NCBI GenBank assembly: GCA_031409275.1
Contig: JANNXA010000009.1
Coordinates: 134,765-198,764 of the forward strand
Reading direction: 5' to 3'
Origin: Planctomycetota bacterium
GTDB lineage: Bacteria; Planctomycetota; B15-G4; SIAN01
DNA length: 64,000 nucleotides
A program made the translations under genes and the position numbers. This document shows positions 8,662-18,131 of the stretch, piece by piece. The notes beneath the pieces were generated by a model, which did no database searches, was not told where the DNA came from, and saw nothing but the letters and a program-made list of their open reading frames with translations. Every line of letters starts with the position of its first letter. Position 1 is the stretch's first letter.

Positions 8662-9794
8662 GCCGGCTTCCACGCGGCGTCGAGCAGCTTCATCGCGGCG
8701 GGGAGCCGGTCGTAGAGCCGCATCGGCTTGCGGCGCAGCGTCGTATCGGAGAGCAGCGCCTGCGTGAGGATCGGCAGCGCGATCGTCACGTCGGTGCGCA
8801 GGTAGACGCTCTTGCTCTCCACGCACTCGATCGACGTCTTGCCCCAGGTGTGCCCTTCGCCCGCGCTGCACGACGAGAGCGCACCGTTGTCGACGACGTC
8901 GACGCAGATCTGCACGTCGATGTCGAAGCCGCGGGCGTCGACCTCGAGGATCTGCGAAAGGAGCGGCTCACCTTGCAGCGTGTAGTTCTTCGGCACGCCG
9001 CCACCGAAGATCCAGACGCTCGCCTGCCCCTGTTTGCCGCGACCGCCCTCGGCTCGCGACCAGTGCTGCAGCGCCGCCATCGAATAGACGTCGCGCGCGA
9101 CGTCGAGGCGGAACTTGAAGCCCTTGGGATCCTCGCGCTCCATCTTCACGACGTTCAGGTAGATCGAGCCGTCCTGCGGCGCGCCAACGAAGACCGGCAC
9201 GCCATGCCGGTAGCAGGTGGCCAGCAGCGACGGCCGCGTGATCTGCTTGTGCTCTTCGATCTGCGCGACCACGCGGCCGATCTCGTAGTGCAGCTCGGGC
9301 GTCGTCATCGAGCGCTGGAACGGTCGCGTCTTCAGCAGCTCGCAGAAGAAGCGGTCGGTGTCGAGCAGCACCTCCTCGTCGAAACCGAGGTCGTAGATGC
9401 GGATGATGCGTGCCTTGCGGTACGCGCCATCGTCGCCGGCCGGGTTCACCTCGTGGATCAGGTGGCCGAGCGTGCGATGGAGATCGTGGTAGAGGTTGGC
9501 ACCCGTCGTCGTGAGGCTCGAGATCCAGCCCGCCTCGATGGCCGGGATGATCGACGACTGGTGCATGCCGGCGGGCGTCATCGCGCCCGACACGGTCGCG
9601 AACACCGCGTGGTCCTCCTCGACGCTGGCGCGCATCAGGCGATGCGCTTCGCGCAGCCCGCGGCCGGCGAAGGCGGGGAAGTGGTTCTCGAGCAGCTCGC
9701 GCGGCGTCTCACGCCCCGAAAGTGGGGCGGGATCGACCGGTCGGACGCGCGGCTTCGCGGACTTTGCAGGCTTTGCGGGCTTCGTCTTGCTCAT
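8658..9794 (-). CDS. Deoxyhypusine synthase-like protein (probable homospermidine/polyamine synthase)
   Basis: SGAMTPAG, TTGANLYHD, GGGVPKNY and EGHTWGK (catalytic Lys position) motifs. Confidence 0.85.
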   Translation of the reverse strand: MSKTKPAKPAKSAKPRVRPVDPAPLSGRETPRELLENHFPAFAGRGLREAHRLMRASVEEDHAVFATVSGAMTPAGMHQSSIIPAIEAGWISSLTTTGANLYHDLHRTLGHLIHEVNPAGDDGAYRKARIIRIYDLGFDEEVLLDTDRFFCELLKTRPFQRSMTTPELHYEIGRVVAQIEEHKQITRPSLLATCYRHGVPVFVGAPQDGSIYLNVVKMEREDPKGFKFRLDVARDVYSMAALQHWSRAEGGRGKQGQASVWIFGGGVPKNYTLQGEPLLSQILEVDARGFDIDVQICVDVVDNGALSSCSAGEGHTWGKTSIECVESKSVYLRTDVTIALPILTQALLSDTTLRRKPMRLYDRLPAAMKLLDAAWKPA

Positions 9795-9806
9795 GAAGGC
9801 GAGTTC

Positions 9807-10880
9807 TTAGCGGTCGCGCGCCGCGACGTCGACGATCAGCGGCGACCAGCCGAGACCGTCGGGTCCCTTGCCGGTGGCGAGCGTGCCGACCTGAGTGCGC
9901 GCCGTCAGATCGAGGATGGAGACGAGATCGGCGTTGCCGTGGGCGATGTAGGCGAGCCGGCCGTCGGGGTGGACGAGGATGCCGATGGGAACGGAGCTGG
10001 CGGCGAACTCGTCGCCGAGCGTCGACGCGTCGACGGCTCCGGCGGGCCGCGCCAGCGAGGTGGCGATCCGCGCGACGAGCTTGCGCTCGACGGCGTCGAA
10101 CAGCGCCACGTCGCCCGACTTCGCGCAGCTGACCAACGCGAAGCGGCCGTCGGGAGTGACCTTCGCGCGAATCGGAAAGCTCGCGCACGGCAGCGTGGCG
10201 ACCACGGCGTGGCTCGCGACATCGATGACGCAGACCGTGTCGGCCGCGCGGTTGGCGGTCCAGACGAACGCTCCGTCCGGCGTCACGTCGACTCCCTCGC
10301 AGCCGGCGCCGCTCTTCACGTTGCCAAGCGACTTCTCGGCGACGAGGTCGAGGATCGTGAGGGTGCCCGAGCCGACGTTCGCGGTGAAGGCGAGTTCCAG
10401 CTTCGGGCCGAGCGCGACCATGTGCGACCCTTCCTGGGCGGTCGCGATCACGGCGTCGACTTTGCCGCTGTCGAGGTCGACGATGAGGAGCGCCTTGCTC
10501 GTCTCGGAAGTGACCGCGACCCGCGCCTCTTCCCCCATCCAGGCGATGCCGTGGGGCCGACGGTGCGGCGAGAGGTCGATCGTCTTCAGTTTCTTCGCGC
10601 TCGGAACATCGAAGAGGGTGAGCGTCGAGCCCGGTTGCTGCTCGCCGTAGTCACAGACGACCGCCGTGCGACCGTCCGGGCTGACGATCACCTCGTGCGG
10701 GCCGACGCCCGTCGCCACGCGCGTGACCTCCTTGCCGAGCGCGAGGTCGATCAGCGACGCGCTCGCCTCCGCCTTGTTGAGGACGATCAGCGTGCCGGTC
10801 GCGGCGGCCGTCGCGGGCGTCGCCACCGGCGCCTGGACGAAGAGTTGCGCGAGCACGAAGAGCGTGGCGGCGAGCGGCAT
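9807..10880 (-). CDS. Secreted YVTN/YncE beta-propeller protein
   Basis: Repeats GPHEVIVSPDG, EGVDVTPDG, PIRAKVTPDG, PIGILVHPDG; signal peptide; GGAG RBS. Confidence 0.85.
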   Translation of the reverse strand: MPLAATLFVLAQLFVQAPVATPATAAATGTLIVLNKAEASASLIDLALGKEVTRVATGVGPHEVIVSPDGRTAVVCDYGEQQPGSTLTLFDVPSAKKLKTIDLSPHRRPHGIAWMGEEARVAVTSETSKALLIVDLDSGKVDAVIATAQEGSHMVALGPKLELAFTANVGSGTLTILDLVAEKSLGNVKSGAGCEGVDVTPDGAFVWTANRAADTVCVIDVASHAVVATLPCASFPIRAKVTPDGRFALVSCAKSGDVALFDAVERKLVARIATSLARPAGAVDASTLGDEFAASSVPIGILVHPDGRLAYIAHGNADLVSILDLTARTQVGTLATGKGPDGLGWSPLIVDVAARDR

Positions 10881-10977
10881 CAGCGGACTCCAGCAGCGGT
10901 GACGAGGGCGATTCGCTCGACCCCGTACTGCGGGTCGCGGGCACCGTTCCGACGGCCGCATGGACGCCCGCATCGAT

Positions 10978-11100
10978 CGGATTCAGAACTCAGACTCGTT
11001 GATGTAAACAACGTTTCAACAAGATCAATGTTCATACGATTTGAGATAAATGAGCCGCCTATAAGTGAATTTCTGATGATATTAATGATCGATCGTTCGA
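10978..11100. promoter_or_regulatory. AT-rich divergent promoter region between the propeller operon and glnA
   Basis: Sharp AT enrichment in a ~70% GC background; GTTGA...TCAAC inverted repeat; AACAA repeated at 11-bp spacing; TGnTATTAA -10-like element. Confidence 0.6.
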
Positions 11101-11149
11101 CCCAACGCCCTCGCCTCGACGAGGGCCGTCCCCACCCCGACGGAGCCGG

Positions 11150-12595
11150 ATGACCATGGAACCGACCAGCCTGCGCAGCTTCCTCGAGATCCCCTACGAC
11201 CAGCTCGAGGAGATGAACCTCGCCGCCAAGCAGCAGCGCATCGACCGCGTCGACCCGGCCAAGGTGAAGGCGGAGCGGGTCAAGTACCTCGCCGGCGAGA
11301 AGCGCATCAAGGCCGTCACCGTCTGCTTCAGCGACCTCGAAGGTCGCCTGCACATGCTCGACTACGACAAGAAGTTCCTGCTGAAGTCGTACGACAACCT
11401 CACCTTCGACGGCAGCTCGATCCGCGGCTTCTCGCAGCAGTCGGAGTCGGACTTGCGCCTCGGCGTCGACTGGCCGGCGACCTACTGGCTGCCGAGCGAC
11501 GTGTTCGGCGCCGGCAAGGTGCTCGTCTTCGGCGAAGTGCTCGATCGCGAGGGCAAGGCGTACTCCGGCGACATGCGCGGCGTCCTGAAGCAGTACCTGA
11601 CCAAGCTCTTCAACAAGGATGGCTCGACCTGCTACGCCGCCAACGAGATCGAGGGCTTCCTCTTCAAGGGGCGCGATGCCGAGCGCCACTTCCATGAGAC
11701 CGGCAAGTTCGAGTACGTCTCGACCGGCGGCTACTACCACTCGCTGCCGACCGACCCGCTGCGCAACTTCATCGACGCCGCGGCCGAGGCGCAGCGCGCG
11801 ATGGGATTCGAGAACGAGAAGGACCACCCCGAGGTGGCGCCCTCGCAATTCGAGATGAACTTCTCCTACGCCGAGGCGCTGATCGCGGCGGACCAGTACC
11901 AGCTCTACAAGCTGCTCTGCCGGCAGATCGCGCAGCGGATGGACATGACGGCGAGCTTCCTCCCCAAGCCGGTCACCGGCATCAACGGCAGCGGCGCGCA
12001 CACCAACATCTCCGTCGGCCGCAAGGGGAAGAACGTCTTCTTTGACAAGTCCGGCCAGGATGGCGTCAGCAAGCTCGCGTGGGAGTTCATCGACCGCATC
12101 CTGAACGCCGGCAGCGACCTCTGCCTCATCCTCAATCCGAGCGTGAACGCCTATCGCCGCCTCGACCCGCACTTCGAGGCGCCCAACCAGATCAAGGTGT
12201 CGCCGATCGACCGCGGCTCGATGATCCGCATCCCGCTCGGCAACGAGCGCAGCGCCCGCATCGAAGTGCGCAGCGTCGGACCGGACACGAACATCTACCA
12301 GACGCTCTACGCCCTCTTCCGCACCGGTTTCGAGGGCGCCGGCTCCGATCCGAAGGACGAGGCGAAGCGGGCGCGCACGCGCTTCCTGCCCGACAACATT
12401 CAGGACGCCGTCCGCCTCTTCAAGCAGAGCAAGTGGATGGTCGAACTCTTCGGCGAGTCGGTCCACGGCAAGTTCGCCGAGGTGAAAATGGCCGCCGCCG
12501 ATCGCTGCGCGAAGCTGCTCGGCACGACGGTGAAAGCCGGCGAGGTCCAGTTCCACCACGAGGTGACCAACCAGTACCTGTGGAACCGCTTCTGA
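11150..12595 (+). CDS. glnA: Glutamine synthetase family protein
   Basis: FDGSSIRGF, NEIEGFLF, HPEVAPSQFE, KPVTGINGSGAH, NAYRRL, RIEVRS motifs. Confidence 0.88.
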   Translation: MTMEPTSLRSFLEIPYDQLEEMNLAAKQQRIDRVDPAKVKAERVKYLAGEKRIKAVTVCFSDLEGRLHMLDYDKKFLLKSYDNLTFDGSSIRGFSQQSESDLRLGVDWPATYWLPSDVFGAGKVLVFGEVLDREGKAYSGDMRGVLKQYLTKLFNKDGSTCYAANEIEGFLFKGRDAERHFHETGKFEYVSTGGYYHSLPTDPLRNFIDAAAEAQRAMGFENEKDHPEVAPSQFEMNFSYAEALIAADQYQLYKLLCRQIAQRMDMTASFLPKPVTGINGSGAHTNISVGRKGKNVFFDKSGQDGVSKLAWEFIDRILNAGSDLCLILNPSVNAYRRLDPHFEAPNQIKVSPIDRGSMIRIPLGNERSARIEVRSVGPDTNIYQTLYALFRTGFEGAGSDPKDEAKRARTRFLPDNIQDAVRLFKQSKWMVELFGESVHGKFAEVKMAAADRCAKLLGTTVKAGEVQFHHEVTNQYLWNRF

Positions 12596-12918
12596 TTCGC
12601 AGCGGGCCGACGGCGCAGGGCGCCATCGGACGCTGAGATCAGGGGCGGGGTTGCGCCCGCTCGCGGGATGACTGCAAAGCGGCACGGCGCGCGGACCTCG
12701 AAGCGGAGGGACGCGCGACGTGCCGCTGGCTGCTGAATCCCCGCCGCGACGGACAGCAGCCCGACGCCAAGTTCGTGGAGCGGCTTGCCGAGGGGCGCGC
12801 GGACCAGCACGCTCTCCGCCGGATTGTCGGGGTCGTACCCCACCGCGACCGGCTCGCCGTCCCGCGCCTTGCGCCACAGCTCGGTCGCCGCGTCCGAAGT
12901 AGCGTCTCTGCGCCGGGG

Positions 12919-14322
12919 CTATCGCTCCACCGCTCCACTCGGCTCCGGCACCTCGCGGTCGGTGGCGATCGTCACCTCGAGCCGCGCCGGGTAGAGGCGG
13001 CCGCGGTCGTCGTAGCGTCGCGCGTGTTCCAGCAGCGTCGCCAGCGACAGCTTCGCGCTCACCTTGCGCTTCTCGCCGTTCACCACCAGTTCGATCGGCT
13101 TGGCGAGGTCGACCATCTTCGGATGGAGGCGCAGCGCCAGCTTGCGCACGTTCTTCGTGGTGAGCTCGATCTGGTTGCCCGGCTTCCACTCCGCCGCCGC
13201 CTCCTGCAGCAGGGCCGCGGCGGGCGTGCCCGCGGCAGCAGGAATCAGCTCGACCCAATGCACGTGGTTGAACTCGATCGGCCGTCCCTTGCGCCACGTG
13301 TGCTCGGGCCACGAAGGCTTGCGCGGCTCCGCCTCCTCGTAGCGCATCGAGCCGCCTCCGCGCGCGAAGACGCGTGGCCGATAGGGATCGCGCGGATGGG
13401 CAGCGAAGAAATCGAAGAGCTTCGGTACCTCGTCCTCGAAGATCTCGTGGCCGCCCGGCTTCTCGACGATGACCCAGTCGAAGCGGTGCTCCTCGAGCCA
13501 TGCGCGCATCTTGCGGTTGTGGTCGGCGATGCCGTACGGCTCGTCGCGGCCGTGAGTCGCATAGCCGGGGATGTTGAAGAGGTTCAGGATCGAGCGGTCG
13601 GCGACGTAGTCGTAGCCGCCGCTCATCGGGCCGACCGCGCCGAAACGGTCGGCGAAGTAGATCGCGGCGCGCCACGAGAAGTGGCCGCCCATCGAATGGC
13701 CGGTGACATAGACGCGATCGGGATCGATGTGCAGGTCGCGCGAGAGCTTCGACACCGCGCTCAGGAGCAGCGAGTTGCCGGTCCACATCCAACCGCGCCC
13801 GGTGGCCGGCGCCGCGAGGATCACGCCCTTCGCGGCGGCCGCGTCGGTGAAGCAGCGGATGTAGTCGCGCGCGGTCAACTCCGCCCGCTCCTGCGACATC
13901 TCCGCGTTGCCGCCGTGGCCGACGATGACGAGCGGCCACGCCTTGGCCGCGTCGTACTCCTTCGGCACGAAGAGGCTCATCGTGGTGTCGTAGTCCACAT
14001 AGTCGTTGGCGAGCGGCACGCCATCGACCAGCGTGCCGGGCGCGATCGGCGGCGCGGGGTAGCTCGCGCGGCCGGCTCGCAGCAGCGCCTCGACGTCACC
14101 GATCTTCTGCTTGTTGCGCTCGAGCTTCGCGACGAGTTCGCGGGTGGCATTTGCCGCGCCGTCGAACCGAGTGTCGAAGTAGTGATCGAGCGCGACAGCC
14201 AGCTCATTCGCCGGCGCGTCGGCGACTTGCGCGCGTAGCTCGCCGATCGCCACGAGAGAGAGCGTCGCCATCCACGCGAGCCCGACCACCACCCGACCGA
14301 TCCTCGTCTGCACCATTCGCAT
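12919..14322 (-). CDS. Secreted alpha/beta-hydrolase (esterase/PHB-depolymerase-like)
   Basis: YDAAKAWPLVIVGHG, DPDRVYVTGHSMGG nucleophile motif, HGRDE, GGHE; N-terminal signal; start uncertain. Confidence 0.8.
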   Translation of the reverse strand: MRMVQTRIGRVVVGLAWMATLSLVAIGELRAQVADAPANELAVALDHYFDTRFDGAANATRELVAKLERNKQKIGDVEALLRAGRASYPAPPIAPGTLVDGVPLANDYVDYDTTMSLFVPKEYDAAKAWPLVIVGHGGNAEMSQERAELTARDYIRCFTDAAAAKGVILAAPATGRGWMWTGNSLLLSAVSKLSRDLHIDPDRVYVTGHSMGGHFSWRAAIYFADRFGAVGPMSGGYDYVADRSILNLFNIPGYATHGRDEPYGIADHNRKMRAWLEEHRFDWVIVEKPGGHEIFEDEVPKLFDFFAAHPRDPYRPRVFARGGGSMRYEEAEPRKPSWPEHTWRKGRPIEFNHVHWVELIPAAAGTPAAALLQEAAAEWKPGNQIELTTKNVRKLALRLHPKMVDLAKPIELVVNGEKRKVSAKLSLATLLEHARRYDDRGRLYPARLEVTIATDREVPEPSGAVER

Positions 14323-14516
14323 CGCCGCTCCCGACGTTTCGTCCCCAAGTCGCCATTCGACCGCCGTCTCGATCGCGAGTTCCGACGGCAATGGCGCGCG
14401 CTCTTCGCGCCGTGCGCGAGCGCACACGATTCCTTTCACTCCTGCTTCAACGACCATTTTGGCACGCCGTTGGATGAGTGTCCCTTGCCTGAACCGAATC
14501 CTCCTGAGAGACGTCG

Positions 14517-15110
14517 ATGTCCTTGCGCATGCCAGGTTGTGCCGGCCTCGCCCTGGTCGTGTTCGCGTCGCTGCCCGGCAGCGGACACGCCCAGGGTGAA
14601 GGCCCGTTCATCCAGCTCGAACCGCGCGCGATGGCGCGGGTCGTCTACTTCTCGCAGACCGGCCTCGCGGGTGAGTACGCGATCGAGTACGGCAAGCCGG
14701 AATGGAAGAGCGAGTACGACTCCCAGTTCGAGAAGCTCACTCGAGGTCAGCGCCTGCGACTCGGCCGCGATTGGTGGACGACGCTCAACACCTTCTGCGT
14801 GCTCAAGTTCGGCGAGAAGAGCGAGCTCAAGCCTGGCGAGTACTTCCTTGCGCTCGACTGCTCGGACAAGGGCGAGTGGAGCCTCGTCGCGCTCGACCCG
14901 GAGCCACTGCGCAAATCGAAGTTCGACGCCTTCGGCAGCTCGCAGACGAAGGGTGGCACGAAGATCCCGCTGCAGTACGCCACGACCAGCGACTCGGTGA
15001 AAGAGCTGACGATCCAGTTCGTCGCCGACCCGCAATCGACCAAACAGCAGACGCTCGAGATCCGCTTCGGCAAGCATCGCCTCACCGCGCTGGTGAAGCC
15101 GACGATCTGA
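14517..15110 (+). CDS. DUF2911-like secreted protein
   Basis: Signal peptide ending GHA-Q; IEYGKP..RLG..WTT..LKPGEYFL pattern resembles DUF2911. Confidence 0.6.
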   Translation: MSLRMPGCAGLALVVFASLPGSGHAQGEGPFIQLEPRAMARVVYFSQTGLAGEYAIEYGKPEWKSEYDSQFEKLTRGQRLRLGRDWWTTLNTFCVLKFGEKSELKPGEYFLALDCSDKGEWSLVALDPEPLRKSKFDAFGSSQTKGGTKIPLQYATTSDSVKELTIQFVADPQSTKQQTLEIRFGKHRLTALVKPTI

Positions 15111-15254
15111 GGTTGCCACTGCGCGGAGCCTTGGGTCGCTGAGAGACCACGCCGAGCCGAGGACCGAACTGGAACGAGCAAGGCGCTGAGACAAGCGCTT
15201 CGCTGAACTGAAACAAGCACTCCAGCAAACCCCGAGCGCTGGAGTGTCACCCCG

Positions 15255-15293
15255 GAGCGGGGCTGCGTGCCATCACGCGGCCCCGCTCTTTTT
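15255..15293 (+). terminator. Intrinsic terminator
   Basis: GAGCGGGGCTGCGTG-CCAT-CACGCGGCCCCGCTC followed by TTTTT. Confidence 0.8.
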
Positions 15294-15396
15294 CGTGAAG
15301 CGCCGTCTTGCTTGCGGCTCGCCGCCAACGACACGGCCCGCGACCGTCGCGGAGAGCGACGAGCGCGGGCCGGCCGAGCGATCGCGAACGGAGGGG

Positions 15397-16182
15397 TCAG
15401 CCCCCCTTCTCGCCCTGCTCCTGCTTCTTCAACGACTGGAACTCCTTCAGGAGCTCCTTCGCCGTCTTCTTGCCGACGATCTTCTTCAGCGGCTTGGCCT
15501 CGGGCTTCTCCGCATTCGGATCGAGCACGAACAGCACCGGCTGCTCCATCGACCCGACTGCGAAGCGCTTGGCCTCCTCGTTGTCGCGCGAGATCACGAC
15601 GCGCGCCACCACGAACCTCGCCATCGCCGGGCTGAGCGTCTCATCGAAGAGCGCCTCCTCCAGCGCGGCCGAATCCTTGCCCTTGGTCGCGAAGAGGAAG
15701 AGCACGAGTTTGTCGTCCTTCTTCGCCTCGGCCGCCGCCGCCTCGAAGGTCGCGTGGAAGCTCTTCGTGTTCGCCTTGGCGATCTTCTCGATCTGCGCCT
15801 TCACGCTGGCCGAGTCGCGCCCGCCGAGCGGCTCGATCACCTCGCCCTTGCTGTCGGTGAAGATCACCGTCGGGTAGCCGCGCACGCCGTACTTCTTCGA
15901 CAGGTCGCTGTTCTTCTTGCCCCAGTCGCAGTCGACGAAGACGTTGACGATCGACTTGCTGGCCTCGACCACCGCCTCATCGCTGAACGCACCTGCGCTC
16001 AGCTGCTTGCACGGGCCTCAGCCAAGGCTCGTGAAGAACATCATCATCGGCTTGCCCGACGACTTGGCCGCCTTCATGGCCGCCGCTGGTTCGTGGTTCC
16101 ACGGGATCTTGCCGCCGTCTTGCGCGAGCGCTTCGCTCGCGAAGAGCGCGGTGGCGGCCACCGCAAGCAACGTCTTCATCAT
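15397..16182 (-). CDS. Secreted two-domain thioredoxin-fold selenoprotein (UxxC), in-frame UGA at 16018-16020
   Basis: ORFs 16018..16338 and 15397..15972 are in the same frame; read-through gives signal peptide + KPMMMFFTSLG-U-GPCKQL...YGVRGYPTVIF (Trx fold with cis-Pro loop). Confidence 0.85.
15982..16003 (-). promoter_or_regulatory. Putative bacterial SECIS element
   Basis: mRNA GCUGAGCGC-AGGU-GCGUUCAGC: 9-bp stem starting 14 nt after UGA, with an AGGU apical loop. Confidence 0.7.
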
Positions 16183-16292
16183 TTGATTCCACTCCAGTTT
16201 CCGGGGACGCACCTCGGCTCCTGCCGAGCAGGTGCCACGCGCGAACGGGCCACAGGATAGGCAAGCGAGCTCGCCGCTACGATTCGTCGCCG

Positions 16293-17630
16293 ATGGACCT
16301 CTTCGCCAAGTCGCCGGCCGAGCTTGCCCGCAGCGCACCCCTTTCCGACCGCATGCGCCCCCGTTCGCTGGCGGAAGTGGTGGGCCAGGAAGAGGTGATC
16401 GGCCCCGGTCGGCCGCTGCGCCGCATCCTCGACGCGCGCGAACGGCCCCCCTCGATGGTCTTCTGGGGACCGCCCGGGACCGGCAAGACCACGCTCGCGC
16501 GCCTGGTGGCCAAGGACGCCGACCTCCCGTTCCTGCCGTTCAGCGCCGTGACCAGCGGGATCAAGGAGGTTCGTGAATCGATCGAGAAGGCGCGCGCGCG
16601 CCGCCGTGAGGACGGCAAGCCCGCGCTCGTCTTCGTCGACGAGATCCACCGCTTCAACCGCGCGCAGCAGGACGCCTTCCTGCCGCACGTCGAGGACGGG
16701 ACGATCATCCTGGTCGGCGCCACCACCGAGAATCCGAGCTTCGAGGTGAACGCCGCGCTCCTCTCGCGCTGCCGCGTCTTCGTGCTGAAGGGGCTGTCCG
16801 ACACGCAGGTGGTGGAACTGCTGCAACGGGCGCTGACCGACGTCGAACGCGGACTCGGCGCTGAAGCGATCGACCTCGAAGAGCAGGCGCTCGAGCGGCT
16901 GGCCGGCCTCGCCAACGGCGACGCGCGCCAGGCGCTGAACCTGCTCGAGCTGTCGGTGCGCGCGACGCCGCTCGAAGAGGGACGTCGACGCGTCACGTTC
17001 GCCACGGTGCGCGACGTCACGCAGCGGCGCAACAGCAACTACGACGCGAGCGGCGACCAGCACTACGACGTCGCCTCCGCGCTGATCAAGTCGTTGCGCG
17101 GCAGCGATCCCGACGCGGCGATCTACTGGCTGGCGCGAATGCTGGAGAACGGCGAGGACCCGCTCTTCGTCGCGCGCCGCCTCGTCGTCTTCGCCAGCGA
17201 AGACGTCGGCAACGCCGATCCCCGCGGCCTCATGGTCGCCGTCGCTGCGATGCAGGCGACCCACTTCGTCGGCATGCCCGAGGCGCACTACGCGCTGGCA
17301 CAGGCGACCGCCTACCTCGCGACCACGCCCAAGAGCAACGCGGCCGGCGCCGCCTACGCGAAGGCGGCGCACGACGTCGAAGCAACCCGCAACGACCCCG
17401 TCCCGCTCCATCTGCGCAACGCCGCGACCGGCCTGATGCGCGGGCTGGGCTACGGCAAGGGCTACCAGTACGCGCACGATCAGCAGGACGCGATCGTCAC
17501 CCACGCGCATCTGCCCGAAGCGCTGGCCGATCGGCGCTACTACGAGCCCAAGGAGGTCGGCCACGAAGCCGCCATCCGCCGCTGGCTCGCCGAACGCGAA
17601 GCGAAGCGGGCCGGGCGCGGCGGCAGCTGA
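16293..17630 (+). CDS. rarA: Replication-associated recombination protein A (MgsA/RarA AAA+ ATPase)
   Basis: PLSDRMRP, WGPPGTGKTT, FVDEIHRFN, GATTENPSFE, KSLRGSDPDAA, ASEDVGNADP. Confidence 0.95.
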   Translation: MDLFAKSPAELARSAPLSDRMRPRSLAEVVGQEEVIGPGRPLRRILDARERPPSMVFWGPPGTGKTTLARLVAKDADLPFLPFSAVTSGIKEVRESIEKARARRREDGKPALVFVDEIHRFNRAQQDAFLPHVEDGTIILVGATTENPSFEVNAALLSRCRVFVLKGLSDTQVVELLQRALTDVERGLGAEAIDLEEQALERLAGLANGDARQALNLLELSVRATPLEEGRRRVTFATVRDVTQRRNSNYDASGDQHYDVASALIKSLRGSDPDAAIYWLARMLENGEDPLFVARRLVVFASEDVGNADPRGLMVAVAAMQATHFVGMPEAHYALAQATAYLATTPKSNAAGAAYAKAAHDVEATRNDPVPLHLRNAATGLMRGLGYGKGYQYAHDQQDAIVTHAHLPEALADRRYYEPKEVGHEAAIRRWLAEREAKRAGRGGS

Positions 17631-17696
17631 AGACTCGCACGCGCTATCGTGCGCCGCTCGTCCCGTCGCCCCGATTTCCGCCGCAGGATCCCGCCG

Positions 17697-18131
17697 ATGC
17701 CGCAAGCCTTCCCGCACCACTATCACTGCGAACTCACGATGAAGGACGATGCGTCGAGCGTCGTGAAGGCGGGTTCGCGTCCGCCGATCGTGGGCGGCAA
17801 TCCACCCGAGTTCGACGGCAGCGACGCGTGGTGGGCTCCCGAGCACCTGCTGCTCGCCTCGCTGCAGATCTGCTTCCGCGGCACCTGGAACGCGCTCTCC
17901 GCGAAGCCGGGCATCAAGGCGTCGAAGTTCGCGACGCGCGCGCAGGCGACGCTGGAGAAGGGCGCCGCCGGCATCGTCTTCACCAAGATCGAGCTGACCG
18001 CGATGGTCACCGTCCCCGCCGCTCACGTCGAGGCGACGAAGGAGCTGCTGGTCAAGGCGAAGAAGTTCTGCATCGTCTCGAACCAGCTGAAAACCGAGCC
18101 GACGCTGGTGGTCGAGGTCACGGCCGGCTGA
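17697..18131 (+). CDS. OsmC family protein
   Basis: PPEFDG..WAPEHLLLASLQICF ... AKKFCIVSN (two conserved Cys). Confidence 0.85.
   Translation: MPQAFPHHYHCELTMKDDASSVVKAGSRPPIVGGNPPEFDGSDAWWAPEHLLLASLQICFRGTWNALSAKPGIKASKFATRAQATLEKGAAGIVFTKIELTAMVTVPAAHVEATKELLVKAKKFCIVSNQLKTEPTLVVEVTAG

Noticed and set aside
10999..11028. FNR box
   Set aside because: TTGAT and ATCAA half-sites are 20 bp apart, not the required 4
12919..12921. Pyrrolysine or amber read-through of the hydrolase
   Set aside because: The hydrolase appears complete at the TAG, no pyl genes are in view, and other genes here use TAG as a normal stop
14490..14515. TGAAC-N17-CGTC ECF-like promoter before the DUF2911-like gene
   Set aside because: Single instance abutting the first ATG; cannot be distinguished from chance
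15130..15246. TPP or c-di-AMP riboswitch, or mini-CRISPR
   Set aside because: Only fragments match (GCTGAGA; CAGCAAACCCCG); the segment lies 3' of both flanking genes; the repeats are too short and irregular for CRISPR
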